From Zootoca vivipara (lineage: Eukaryota), in the NCBI RefSeq assembly GCF_963506605.1, contig NC_083286.1:35588001-35652000 (forward strand): DNA of 64,000 nt. The letters are read 5' to 3'. Position 1 is the first letter of the stretch. Each line of letters opens with the position of its first letter. Positions 63,435 through 64,000 of the stretch are shown here, piece by piece. Below the pieces are notes generated by a model. It had not been told where the DNA came from. It ran no database searches and worked only from the letters and a program-made list of their open reading frames with translations. The translations under genes were made by a program, and so were the position numbers.

Positions 63435-64000
63435 GTGTAATGGCTGCCAATGTCTCAAAGGTACTGATGCCTCCCCAGAGCAAAGTAATAATATTCCCTT
63501 AGGCAAATTATTAGAAAGAAGAAGCATTTAGGATATTTTTATTGTGTCTGTAAGCCTCTTTGAACCATTTCCACGAGTCAAATGACTAATAAGTGATAAT
63601 ACCTAGGTGAAAGTTTACAGCAGGGGTGTGCAACATTTTGGGAGCTGCATACCATTGTGGGCAAAGGCATGAAGTAGGCAGATCAATGGCTGTAACTCGT
63701 ACCTTTGTAAAGTAGGCTACATATCACAGGTAAAGGATGAGATCCCAACTTGGCAAAATCACTCAAGGAGCTGTATGACCTGTGCTGCTGGGGAGAGGGA
63801 GCCCCAAGAATTAGATGGAGAGGCTTGGTGGTTACTCACCCCTGGTTTAAAGATATCTCAATCATAACTTGCTATCTTCTCCTCCACCTTTCTGGTGGTA
63901 TTGCTGTTGACCATGCTAGTAAGGTGGGCAGATGGGCAGAAAGATAGAATACGTAGATCAGAGTATGTAGGCTACTATAGATCAAAGTGCATGCAGATGA

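Noticed and set aside
61727-64000. S100Z second coding exon
   Set aside because: No canonical EF-hand coding sequence found; probably beyond the window.

Overview
Vertebrate genomic DNA. The repeat content (Sauria SINE, BovB/RTE, CR1, L2, Penelope-like, hAT and Tigger-type MITEs) points to a squamate, probably a lacertid lizard. The window covers the conserved F2R (PAR1) - F2RL1 (PAR2) - S100Z block, all on the + strand. Three extra, apparently intact two-exon PAR1-like genes (B, C, D) lie between F2R and F2RL1, each with its own signal-peptide exon. They differ sharply in the protease-cleavage/tethered-ligand segment: F2R GPK/TFSFYS plus a hirudin-like motif; B AAR/SLLPIF; C IAA-GFPIYY with no P1 Arg; D PFFR/SFPVME. 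C and D are about 95% identical over the 7TM core but clearly diverged in exon 1, the N-terminus and the flanks, which suggests a diversifying protease-sensor array with gene conversion of the core. Penelope-like elements carrying minimal hammerhead ribozyme motifs sit in the PAR2 intron and probable 3'UTR. Two dissimilar solo-LTR-like elements share a short acidic-PPSP-basic peptide motif. Exon structures were derived by eye from splice signals and frame; nothing was aligned computationally or searched.
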